Assembly: GCA_023248295.1 (NCBI GenBank)
Contig: JAHFEU010000003.1
Span: forward strand, 1-48,369
Direction: 5' to 3'
Origin: Nitrospirota bacterium
GTDB taxonomy: Bacteria; Nitrospirota; Nitrospiria; Nitrospirales; Nitrospiraceae
DNA: 48,369 bases
Positions 6,264 to 14,365 of the stretch are shown in pieces (position 1 is the first letter of the stretch; each line of letters starts with the position of its first letter). The notes below the pieces were generated by a model. It had not been told where the DNA came from. It saw only the letters and a program-made list of their open reading frames with translations, and searched no databases. The position numbers and the translations under genes were made by a program.

Positions 6264-7745
6264 CTAGCGCTGCGAATACCAACGAAACCCTTTGGTCTCC
6301 TGATAGGACGCCCGGGGAGTGCCGCCCGGCTTCTCCAGGAGCAGGACCTTGAAGTCCCACAGCCCGAACCACGCCGGATCGATCAGCTCATGATAATGGC
6401 ATCCCAGCAGCTTCGGTAGCATGTCTCCCAGGACCTTCAGGAGTTCTCCCTCCGTGTAGGCCCGGATGGCGAACGGCTTGCCGATGGCCGCACACACCCG
6501 TTGAATGGCATAGGCCGCCCCGGTACAGAGCAGCCGCGTGTCGGGCCGCAGCCCGAAAAACCTGGGCAACTCCACGTAGCGTTCCTGAAATCCCAGCCAG
6601 CGCGCGGCATGCCGGAGGTGGGTGTATTGGACCTCGTACTCGGTATGCCCGGGCAGCTTGACGGGAGAGGGCCACCCATCTTCGATGCCGAACTCAATCA
6701 GCACGGCGCGGCCGCCCGGCTTCAGCACCCGCCACAACTCCGCCAGAAAGCGCACGGGGCCGAGGTTGAAGATGAACTCCGAAGGCAGGTTGCCCTCCAA
6801 GGGCAATCTGAGGCGACGGATCCAATCTACCGCCTCCTGGTGTAAGGGCGTGGCGCCTCGGTTGGACGTCACTTCTTCCCGGCTCAATTGCACCGGCGTC
6901 ATGTCGGCCAGATTTTCGTTGTCAATGACCAGGTCCACGCTGGCGTCCCGCAAGGGCCACCATTCCGCGTTGGCCTGCATCCCGCCGCTCCTCCATCCCG
7001 CCTCCTGCGCCAGCGCCAATTGCGACTCCAGAAACGGCTTGGCCAAGTCCAGAAAGAGGTAGCGGATGCCTTGCCGTTCGAAGGGCAACAGCTCCTTCGC
7101 CATCTCGCGCGCCACGTAGCCCAACCCGGCCCCCACCTCGACGAGGTACCGTGGCTTGGGAGTCCACCAGCCAAGCCGGCGAAGGTGCTTGGCCAGCAGC
7201 CGCCCATAGGTCGAGCCCTGCAGGGCGTCGCAGGGTTCACGAAACAGATGGGACACCGTGGTTTCGACCGTGTCGAAGTGGCCCTCTCGCTTCGTGATTT
7301 CGCGGACGTGAAAGGCCGAGAGCTCCGCTTCTCCCTCAAACCCGTGCCGGCCCGACCATCCTTCACGGATCTGCTGCAGCAGCAGATCCCATTTGGCTCC
7401 ATGCCGATCCGCCGTCGGTGGCTCCATCCCGAAATAACACAGGGAATACCGGGGCAGCGACCATCGTTCGAGGTGCCATCGGCCGGTTTCCCCGTCGGGT
7501 CCGCAGACCCACTTGCCGAACTTCTGAAGCAGCACGCCCACGCTCGCCTGACCATCAATGGCGGCCAGGAGTTCTGCCCCCACCCGGTTCAGGCGAATGA
7601 GCGGCAACTCATCATCGAGCGGGGTTACCCACCACTCATCGGGCGCGTGCTGATAGACCACCATATCCGGCATCCGCCAAGCCCGGAGCGCGAGCACCTC
7701 GTCGGTCAGTTCGAGCGGCGCCTGTGGGACGGTGGTGAGTTTCAT
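6264..7745 (-). CDS. class I SAM-dependent methyltransferase (493 aa) with a PqqD-like N-terminal segment and MidA/DUF185-like motifs
   Basis: SAM motif I LVEVGAGLGYVAREM. DLVIDNENLADMTPV is reminiscent of the MidA/NDUFAF7 NEffDAlPV motif. The N-terminal LIRLNRVGAELLAAIDGQASVGVLLQKFG is PqqD/RRE-like. ATGA overlap with the upstream gene. Confidence 0.85.
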   Translation of the reverse strand: MKLTTVPQAPLELTDEVLALRAWRMPDMVVYQHAPDEWWVTPLDDELPLIRLNRVGAELLAAIDGQASVGVLLQKFGKWVCGPDGETGRWHLERWSLPRYSLCYFGMEPPTADRHGAKWDLLLQQIREGWSGRHGFEGEAELSAFHVREITKREGHFDTVETTVSHLFREPCDALQGSTYGRLLAKHLRRLGWWTPKPRYLVEVGAGLGYVAREMAKELLPFERQGIRYLFLDLAKPFLESQLALAQEAGWRSGGMQANAEWWPLRDASVDLVIDNENLADMTPVQLSREEVTSNRGATPLHQEAVDWIRRLRLPLEGNLPSEFIFNLGPVRFLAELWRVLKPGGRAVLIEFGIEDGWPSPVKLPGHTEYEVQYTHLRHAARWLGFQERYVELPRFFGLRPDTRLLCTGAAYAIQRVCAAIGKPFAIRAYTEGELLKVLGDMLPKLLGCHYHELIDPAWFGLWDFKVLLLEKPGGTPRASYQETKGFRWYSQR

Positions 7746-8452
7746 GTCGTGGCCCGCTCCGGCCCGAAGATTTCCCGATGCAACCCCAACCAGAATCCAT
7801 GCCAGGCATCGGCCGTCTCCCGTGCCCCGGCCGCCACCTTTTCATAATCGCTCGACGTTCTCGCGGTGTGCTGCACCGCCTCGATCAGCCATGCGCCGTG
7901 ACACTCCTCTTCCTTCAAGTGCAGGGTGAAGAATTCTAAATCATCCTCCTGAAGCCACTCATATTTCTTGAGTCCTGGATACAGGTACTTGAATTCAGCG
8001 GCAGCCGTTTTTTCAACGGCCAGTTCGGCGCCCAGCGCCACCAGATAATCCGATTCGATAAACAGCCGCTGCAGGACCTGCATGTAAGTCTCCACCTCCG
8101 CGATCGGCTGCGTCCGATCCAACTCCGTCTCGCTCAGCCCAAGCGCATTGGCAAACCGGTCAAGCAACCTGATATGAGCGCGCTCGCTCCGGCCGCTTCC
8201 CAGTTCAGAATGCAACGTCTTGACCAATTCAATGCGCATCCCGACTTGATCCACCGGGGTCTTGTCGAGGAGCCCTTCCAGGAGCTTGACGAAATGCTTG
8301 CAGAAGTACCGATACTGCGTCAGGAAGGACTGCAACTGCCCACGCTGCACGTATTGGTCTCTGAACGCCTGAAAAAAGACGTTGGAATTGACCGGATGCT
8401 GTTCCAGCTCGGCAACCAGCGATTCCAGAACGCGATCACGGGTGGGGCACAT
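7742..8452 (-). CDS. heme-oxygenase-like fold 'iron-containing redox enzyme' family protein (putative diiron oxidase)
   Basis: Strings typical of the family (FLTQYRYFCKHF, LHSELGSG..AHIRLLDRFANALGL, GAELAVEKTAA, FFTLHLKEEECHG). Start set at ATG 8452 (MCPTRDRVLESL). The ORF-track start at 8563 is a GTG adding 37 Arg/Pro/Gly-rich residues. No clear SD for either start. Confidence 0.75.
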   Translation of the reverse strand: MCPTRDRVLESLVAELEQHPVNSNVFFQAFRDQYVQRGQLQSFLTQYRYFCKHFVKLLEGLLDKTPVDQVGMRIELVKTLHSELGSGRSERAHIRLLDRFANALGLSETELDRTQPIAEVETYMQVLQRLFIESDYLVALGAELAVEKTAAAEFKYLYPGLKKYEWLQEDDLEFFTLHLKEEECHGAWLIEAVQHTARTSSDYEKVAAGARETADAWHGFWLGLHREIFGPERATT

Positions 8453-8658
8453 GCCGCAAGGGTACACGAGGAGACTGGTCGAGGCAAGACGCCTGGCGGG
8501 GGGTCCCGCCGGGAGACCCTCAGCCGTTCGCCGACCGTTGGGTGCGAGGTGCCCCATCCCCACGGCGCCCGCGATTCCGAACCGGCTTATTGACGTCCCC
8601 TTCGCCGCATGCTACTGAAAGGCCTCTCATACGTCGCATTCTTTAGTGGAGGGCCATC

Positions 8659-9642
8659 ATGCGTTCTTCCTGCCGGGCACTTCCGTTCCTCGTCCTGAGC
8701 CTGTGCGCCGTGAATGTTCCCGCCCACGCCTTCATGATCACGGCGCCGGCCGGGGAGTCCCATCTGCGGTCCGGTCAAGAGGTTATGGCCACCGTAGACC
8801 TGGGGACCGAGATCGGGATGCTGCGGGTTCGGTACTATTGGTATCGTCAGGGCGAGGAACCCCTCGTGCTTCAGCAGGCGGGTCCTGCCCTCGTGGCCAC
8901 GGCCTCCTCAAGCCCACCTTACGGCGGGACCCTCACCGTGCCCATTGACGCCATCGGCAAGATGCGGCTGCTGGCGGTCGGGGAAGTGGCCAGGGGTCGG
9001 TTGGCCGGGCGGGAGGAGTTCGATGAAATCATCGTCCAGGTGGAGCCCACCGCGCCCTTGACGGCCATCGAATTCGAGGCGGAGAAGCCGTGGAGGCTGG
9101 GCACCATGGGGAAAATTCTTGAGGTGCCGGTCGTCGGGCAGTTCGCCGACCAGGTCACTCGGCGGATCGGAGGAGCGTCGGCAGGGAGCACCTATCAATC
9201 GTCAAACGAGCAGGTGATCAAGGTGTATCCCGACGGTCTCCTCCAGGTGGTCGGGAATGGGAAGGCCGCCCTCACCGTCACCAACCAGGGGAAGCAAGGA
9301 GTCCTCGAGGTGGTGGTCCGATCGGACGTGGAGCCCAATCGGCCACCGACCGCCCACGCGGGACCGGACCTGACCGTCAAAGGAGGAACCACGGTCTTGC
9401 TGAACGGGCTGAAGAGTACCGATCCTGATGGAGACCCCTTGAAGTACGAGTGGGCTCAGATCCGAGGGCATAAAGTCTCGCTCTTGGACCTGGACACTGC
9501 CAAGGCCACCTTCGTGGCGCCCAATGTCTCGACCAGGCGTCTCCTGCGGTTCAAGCTCCGAGTCACCGATATGAGAGGGCCCGATACGGTGAAAGGAGCC
9601 GATAGTTTTCCGGCGTTCGTAAACGTGTGGGTGGAGCCCTGA
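8659..9642 (+). CDS. secreted protein with Big_2-type Ig-like and PKD-like domains
   Basis: SD GGAGGG upstream of the ATG. Signal peptide (LVLSLCAVNVPAHA). STYQSSNEQVIKVYPDGLLQVVGNGKAALTVTNQG is Big_2-like. NRPPTAHAGPDLTVKGGTTVLLNGLKSTDPDGDPLKYEW is PKD/REJ-like. Confidence 0.85.
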   Translation: MRSSCRALPFLVLSLCAVNVPAHAFMITAPAGESHLRSGQEVMATVDLGTEIGMLRVRYYWYRQGEEPLVLQQAGPALVATASSSPPYGGTLTVPIDAIGKMRLLAVGEVARGRLAGREEFDEIIVQVEPTAPLTAIEFEAEKPWRLGTMGKILEVPVVGQFADQVTRRIGGASAGSTYQSSNEQVIKVYPDGLLQVVGNGKAALTVTNQGKQGVLEVVVRSDVEPNRPPTAHAGPDLTVKGGTTVLLNGLKSTDPDGDPLKYEWAQIRGHKVSLLDLDTAKATFVAPNVSTRRLLRFKLRVTDMRGPDTVKGADSFPAFVNVWVEP

Positions 9643-9644
9643 AA

Positions 9645-9672
9645 GAAGGAGCCGCCTCGAAGCGGCTCCTTC
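9645..9672. terminator. bidirectional hairpin terminator candidate between convergent genes
   Basis: Perfect 11-bp stem gaaggagccgc / gcggctccttc with a 6-nt loop, followed by cTTTcc on the plus strand and by TTCTTTC on the minus strand. Sits between 8659..9642 (+) and the peroxiredoxin gene (-). Confidence 0.55.
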
Positions 9673-9711
9673 CTTTCCCCCTCCTGATCCGTGTTAAATC
9701 GTGATAATCAA

Positions 9712-10347
9712 TTACCTGTTCGGCTGCGGCGTATAGCGCAGGTACGGCTTGACCGCTCGGTATCCCTTGGGGAATAGAGACTTGGCCTCGGCGTCGGTCA
9801 CGGCAGGCACGATGATGCAGTCCTCGCCCTCCTTCCAGTTCACCGGGGTCGCCACCTTGTATTTGGACGTGAGTTGCAGGGAGTCGACCACCCGCAGCAG
9901 CTCATCGAAGTTCCGGCCGCAGGAAGCGGGGTAGGTCAGCGTGAGCTTGATCTTTTTGTCCGGCCCGATGATGAAGACCGACCGCACGGTCATGTTGTCC
10001 AGGGCGTTGGGGTGGATCATGTCATAGAGCGTGGCCACCTTGCGCTCAGGGTCCGCAATCATAGGAAAATTCACATTGGCGTTCTGGGTTTCATTGATAT
10101 CCTTGATCCACCCCTTGTGAGCATCCAATGGATCCACGCTGATGGCGAGCACCTTGACATTGCGCTTTTTGAACTCGTTCGTAATCTTGGCCATGGCGCC
10201 CAGCTCGGTGGTGCAGACCGGCGTGAAGTCTTTCGGGTGAGAGAACAGGATCCCCCAACCACTCCCGAGCCATTCGTGGAAATTGACGGTCCCCTCAGTG
10301 GTTTCCGCGGTGAAATTCGGTGCCTCATCGCCTAATCGGAGTGCCAT
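9712..10347 (-). CDS. 1-Cys peroxiredoxin (Prx6-type)
   Basis: MALRLGDEAPNFTAETTEGTVNFHEWLG..ILFSHPKDFTPVCTTELG is the Prx6 signature. Start moved to ATG 10347 because of AAAGGAGA about 7 nt upstream. The ORF-track start adds 29 aa. Confidence 0.9.
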   Translation of the reverse strand: MALRLGDEAPNFTAETTEGTVNFHEWLGSGWGILFSHPKDFTPVCTTELGAMAKITNEFKKRNVKVLAISVDPLDAHKGWIKDINETQNANVNFPMIADPERKVATLYDMIHPNALDNMTVRSVFIIGPDKKIKLTLTYPASCGRNFDELLRVVDSLQLTSKYKVATPVNWKEGEDCIIVPAVTDAEAKSLFPKGYRAVKPYLRYTPQPNR

Positions 10348-10664
10348 CGGGTGTCTCCTTTCATCAAACTGGTTAATACGGTGAATGATCTCCTGGGGAG
10401 AGGTCTCCACTACGATACTGCTTTCCACGGCCAATGTTCAATAGGGGGGCCGGTCCGTCTTGACCGGAAGCGCCGCCTGTCCAGGCCCGCGCGAAATTGA
10501 CGGACCGTCTACGATCTTCATGCCAGAATCTGTGCCAATCACTTCAGTTTTCCAAGGCCTTAGGGAGCTTTGCGGAGTCGGGTTGCAAGGAGGAGCCGAT
10601 TCATGCTAGATGGATGCCACGCACCATGTCATCGGGCGCGGATCGCGACAGAGGAGGAGAGACG

Positions 10665-11048
10665 ATGGCCAAGAAGAAGAAACGAAAAACATCTGCAAAA
10701 CGGGCGGGACGAGCCTCCGCTGCACGAAAGCTGACTCGCAAAGGCAAGCGGAAGAAGACGGCAGCGACCCGGCGGGCGGCGCGCAGGAAACCGGCCGCCA
10801 GAAAAACGAAACGGAAAGCACCACGGCCCGCCATGCCGGCGGCCAAGGCTGTGCACGCAGGGCCGCAGAGGGCCGTCCGCGCAGGCGGACTCCCGCGCAC
10901 GCGGGAGGAACTGCCCGAGGACATTCTTCCAGAAGAGATGGAAGAAGACCTGCCGGAGGAGACACCCTTGGAAGACGAGGAGGCCGACTCGGACTTTTTT
11001 GAGAAGGCTGAAGAGACATCGGACGACGACGAGTTCCGCAAACCCTAA
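10665..11048 (+). CDS. charge-segregated low-complexity protein: Lys/Arg/Ala-rich histone-H1-like N-terminus and acidic C-terminus
   Basis: ATG 10665 is preceded by GAGGAGGAGAGACG. Product reads MAKKKKRKTSAKRAGRASAARKL...KTKRKAPRP, then ...EELPEDILPEEMEEDLPEETPLEDEEADSDFFEKAEETSDDDEF. Five overlapping ORFs here reflect biased composition. Confidence 0.65.
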   Translation: MAKKKKRKTSAKRAGRASAARKLTRKGKRKKTAATRRAARRKPAARKTKRKAPRPAMPAAKAVHAGPQRAVRAGGLPRTREELPEDILPEEMEEDLPEETPLEDEEADSDFFEKAEETSDDDEFRKP

Positions 11049-11120
11049 CGCCCTCAGGAGTGATGAGCCCAGGGAGGGTAGGGCGGCCGCCACTGACCCA
11101 ACCATTCGATTCCTGCCGCC

Positions 11121-11564
11121 ATGAGCCATTTCCTCTTTGTCAGCGGCGCGCTGCGAGAACGAGATTCGTTGGCCAGCGCCGAACTCCAACTCGCGCATGA
11201 ACTCTGGGGTCTCCGGACCGCGCTGATTCGAGATAATCTAGGAGCTTATCGCACGGACCAATCCTGTGGACTCGTGTACGTCCTCAAGATGGGCATCTGT
11301 GCCGGGTTCAAGATCGTGTCAGGGATTCTCCCGCCCGACAGTCTGGACCAGTTCGCGAGGGACGAGCTACGCGCCGAGACCCGGTACGGCTTTGTGCGGG
11401 TCACACCCCTGCAGACTTGGAGGACGACTGCCGAGGAAAGCCTGGCGCTGCTCCATATGGTGCTGGAAGTTCCCGATCAGACGGAACTCGCGCGTCGCCT
11501 GAACCTGGGGATGCACCGGCTGACCCAAGGCCAGTACGAGGCCCTCGTGAAGGGTTTGGGGTAA
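11121..11564 (+). CDS. hypothetical protein (147 aa)
   Basis: ORF with GC-rich third codon positions, no obvious SD and no recognisable family. The start is uncertain. Confidence 0.45.
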   Translation: MSHFLFVSGALRERDSLASAELQLAHELWGLRTALIRDNLGAYRTDQSCGLVYVLKMGICAGFKIVSGILPPDSLDQFARDELRAETRYGFVRVTPLQTWRTTAEESLALLHMVLEVPDQTELARRLNLGMHRLTQGQYEALVKGLG

Positions 11565-11585
11565 CCCCCCGCCCCCGCGTGTCCC

Positions 11586-12257
11586 TCACAGCCGCCGACC
11601 TGTCATCAGTTCGTACGCTTCGTCAATCGTCGCCACTTCTTTCACCGTGACGTTCAACTCCAGCGCCAGACCGGTGAGATTCCAGCGGGGATCGACGAGT
11701 TGCCCAGCGGGAATCAGGACGGTGCGGTAGCCCTCGCGCGCGGCGGCCCGGATCTTGTCCGGCACCGCACCGACCGGTCCAATGCGGCCATCGGGCTGGA
11801 ACGTGCCGGTCAATGCCACGCCGCGAAGAATCGGCTCCCCTTTCAGGACTGCAATAAACCCCACGGCCATCGCCGCTCCGGCGCTGGTCCCGTCTGTGCT
11901 GGTACGGGCGTAGGCGAGCCCCTGCACCGAGACTGTCCCGGTGTGTCGGACCGTGGGCGTGCGATCAACCGCATAGCGGAAGGCATGGGCCATCGAGTCC
12001 AAGAGAGCGTCTTGAAGACTGACGCCGGCATCGTGCCACCGGAGCGCGACGGGGTCGGGCTCTGGTTTCTGATCCCACATCACCATCATGACCTCAAACA
12101 CCCCGCGGTTGTTGGCCTGGATCGCCGCAAGGACGGGCACTTCAACGATATTCTCGGCCGTCGCCGGACCGGCCGCAAGGGCCAAGAAGGTCGCGGCTGC
12201 CCTGACGACGCCAAGGAGGGCCGTTCGGGAATCTGGCCGAGGCTCCGCGCTCATCAT
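11586..12257 (-). CDS. secreted Lon-protease-like S16 peptidase domain protein
   Basis: GTSAGAAMAVGFIAVLKGEPILRGVALTGTFQPDGRIGPVGAVPDKIRAAAREGYRTVLIP matches the Lon C-terminal proteolytic domain (Ser in G.SAG, Lys in DKI.AA). N-terminal signal-like LALAAGPATA. Start at the ATG ATG (12257/12254) just after AGGAGGTG. Confidence 0.8.
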   Translation of the reverse strand: MMSAEPRPDSRTALLGVVRAAATFLALAAGPATAENIVEVPVLAAIQANNRGVFEVMMVMWDQKPEPDPVALRWHDAGVSLQDALLDSMAHAFRYAVDRTPTVRHTGTVSVQGLAYARTSTDGTSAGAAMAVGFIAVLKGEPILRGVALTGTFQPDGRIGPVGAVPDKIRAAAREGYRTVLIPAGQLVDPRWNLTGLALELNVTVKEVATIDEAYELMTGRRL

Positions 12258-12372
12258 CACCTCCTGTCCATCGTGACGCTGTGTGAGAGGATTGTAAGAA
12301 GCGCGCCGGTCCTTGTAAAGCCCCGGCACGCGCGCCTTGCATTTTCACCGGCGTTCCGTATAACGTCCGGCT

Positions 12373-13482
12373 ATGACGCTCCTCGACCGATCGAGGCGTT
12401 CCGCGACGTGCCTTCTCCGACTCGTCCCGCTCCTGTTCCTTCTCATCCCTCTCCGCTTCGCGGAGTCGCGGGTCCCTGGTGACTGCGTGATGGAGCGTGC
12501 CCCGTCGGACCCCGCCGCTCCCTTCCTGCGGCACCTGGGGAAAGACTGCAGCGAGCGAGAGCGTGACACCCAGGCGGTCAGGGCCGGTGAACTCTTGACG
12601 GCGCTCAAGGAGGGCAACGGGGTCGATCTCTCTGGGGTGGTGATCACGGGGGATCTGATGCTGGATGAGCTGCCGCTCGTCGCCGTGGAGACCCTCGCCA
12701 TTCCCTCGCCACGGATCCAGGCCGCGATCCTGAAATCGCACGTGAAGAAGATCCGGGTGATTCCAGGGCCGATCTCGATCCGGAACTCGGTGATGCGCGG
12801 CATCCTGGCCACCAACGTGAAAGACGGGCTCCTGCTCGTAAAGGGACCGGTCACCATGACCGGCAGCACGTTCGAACGCGCGGTGGATTTGTCACGCACG
12901 GCCTTTCTCGGGCCGGTGGACTTCTCGGAGGCCATCCTCCTGCGCGAAGCCTTCTTCATCGAGGGGCTGTTCGATCAAGCGGCGCGTTTCGAGAAGACCG
13001 CCTTCGGGGTGCATTCGCGGTTCCACAAAGCGGTGTTCGCAGAGACCGTGACGTTTCATCGGGCCGGGTTCAACGGCCCCGCCGAGTTTATCCAGGTCTC
13101 GTTCGAAAAAGACGCCCGGTTCTCACAGACGTACTTCAAGATGGGCACCGGTTTTTCCGGCAGCCATTTCCACGGACCTCTCGACTTTTCCGAGGCGGTG
13201 TTCGACCGGGCCGCGTTCTTCATGTTTACCGTGTTCGACGGCGACGCGTATTTTCGCCGCACCACGTTTCGAGCCGAGGCCAACTTTACGGATGCCCAGT
13301 TTAAAGGAGTTGACGACTTCTCGAAGGTGCTCTTCAACGTCGAGCCTCGCTTCACCCGCACCAAGGTCAGCGGATCCCGGCCTTCCCCCGGCGGACTTCA
13401 GGACCCTCGGTTCCTGTATGGGATCGGGGCTGCCTTGCTGGTCTTCTCCGCTGTCTTCATTTTGATGCTACGAAGGCGCTAA
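12373..13482 (+). CDS. pentapeptide-repeat protein with N-terminal signal and C-terminal transmembrane anchor
   Basis: Long run of A(D/N)LXX-type pentapeptide repeats (FSEAILLREAFFIEGLFDQAARFEKTAFGVHSRFHKAVFAETVTFHRAGF...). Hydrophobic C-terminus IGAALLVFSAVFILML. Confidence 0.85.
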   Translation: MTLLDRSRRSATCLLRLVPLLFLLIPLRFAESRVPGDCVMERAPSDPAAPFLRHLGKDCSERERDTQAVRAGELLTALKEGNGVDLSGVVITGDLMLDELPLVAVETLAIPSPRIQAAILKSHVKKIRVIPGPISIRNSVMRGILATNVKDGLLLVKGPVTMTGSTFERAVDLSRTAFLGPVDFSEAILLREAFFIEGLFDQAARFEKTAFGVHSRFHKAVFAETVTFHRAGFNGPAEFIQVSFEKDARFSQTYFKMGTGFSGSHFHGPLDFSEAVFDRAAFFMFTVFDGDAYFRRTTFRAEANFTDAQFKGVDDFSKVLFNVEPRFTRTKVSGSRPSPGGLQDPRFLYGIGAALLVFSAVFILMLRRR

Positions 13483-13594
13483 CCCCGAAAGGGGCCCTCA
13501 CCCCCTATATATTGAATTTCACTTGCCTCCAGCCACACAGAATGGTATAAGGGCTCGGTTTCTTGCGCGGCGGGCGAAGGGCCGGGAGGGTTGC

Positions 13595-14356
13595 GTGGAG
13601 CAGATCGAGAGCCCGTATCAGGTGCGGCTCGACAAGTTTGAAGGGCCGTTGGATCTGCTCCTGTACCTCATCAAGAAGAACGAGATCAATATCTGCGACA
13701 TCCCGATTGCGCTCATCGCGCAACAGTATCTGGAGTATCTGAGCCTGATGAAGTCGCTGAACCTCACGGTGGCCGGCGAGTTCCTGGTGATGGCGGCGAC
13801 GCTGGTGCAGATCAAATCCCGGATGTTGCTCCCGGACGATCAGGCTGAGACCGACGAAGAAGATGGTCCGGACCCGCGCGATGAACTGGTTCGGCGGCTG
13901 CTGGAATACAAGCGGTACAAGGAGGCCGCGCGCCGACTCGATGACAGGGAACGGGTGTGGAGGGAGGTCTTCGGGCGGAACGAACCGCCGACGGCGCCGA
14001 CCCCGTCCGGCGAGGCGTGGCTGGAGGAGATCACGCTGTTCGACCTGGTCGACGCGCTGCAGAGCGTGGTGGCGCGCATCCCGGATCAGCGGCTGCTCGA
14101 AATTACGCCGGACAACCTGACGGTCAAGGACAGGATGAACCTGATCATCGACGTACTGGACCGGAAGGAGTCGGTCACGTTCCTCTCACTGTTCGAGGAG
14201 CAGACTCATCGGCTGCTGATCATCGTGACGTTTTTGGCGCTGCTCGAGTTGATCCGGATCAAGCTGGTGCGTGTGTTTCAGGGTGAGGTCTTCGGCCCCA
14301 TCCTGGTGACACGGGCATTCTCCCCCATCATCGGGGAGGAACCGGACGGCCTCTAG
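13595..14356 (+). CDS. scpA: segregation and condensation protein A
   Basis: YQVRLDKFEGPLDLLLYLIKKNEINICDIPIALIAQQYLEYL is the ScpA signature. Start placed at GTG 13595 (GGGAGGG 4 nt upstream). The ORF-track TTG at 13523 adds 24 aa. Confidence 0.85.
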   Translation: MEQIESPYQVRLDKFEGPLDLLLYLIKKNEINICDIPIALIAQQYLEYLSLMKSLNLTVAGEFLVMAATLVQIKSRMLLPDDQAETDEEDGPDPRDELVRRLLEYKRYKEAARRLDDRERVWREVFGRNEPPTAPTPSGEAWLEEITLFDLVDALQSVVARIPDQRLLEITPDNLTVKDRMNLIIDVLDRKESVTFLSLFEEQTHRLLIIVTFLALLELIRIKLVRVFQGEVFGPILVTRAFSPIIGEEPDGL

Positions 14357-14365
14357 GAGGACGGG

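Noticed and set aside
6888-7847. 319-aa plus-strand ORF, with several shorter ones, overlapping the methyltransferase gene
   Set aside because: It is antisense to a gene with clear family motifs. The product is Arg/Pro/Gly-rich with no motif, which is the typical shadow ORF of GC-rich coding DNA.
10600-11200. Cluster of five overlapping ORFs and repetitive sequence, considered as a possible repeat array or CRISPR
   Set aside because: There is no regular repeat-spacer periodicity. The pattern is explained by the biased Lys/Arg/Ala codons of one SD-led gene (10665..11048).
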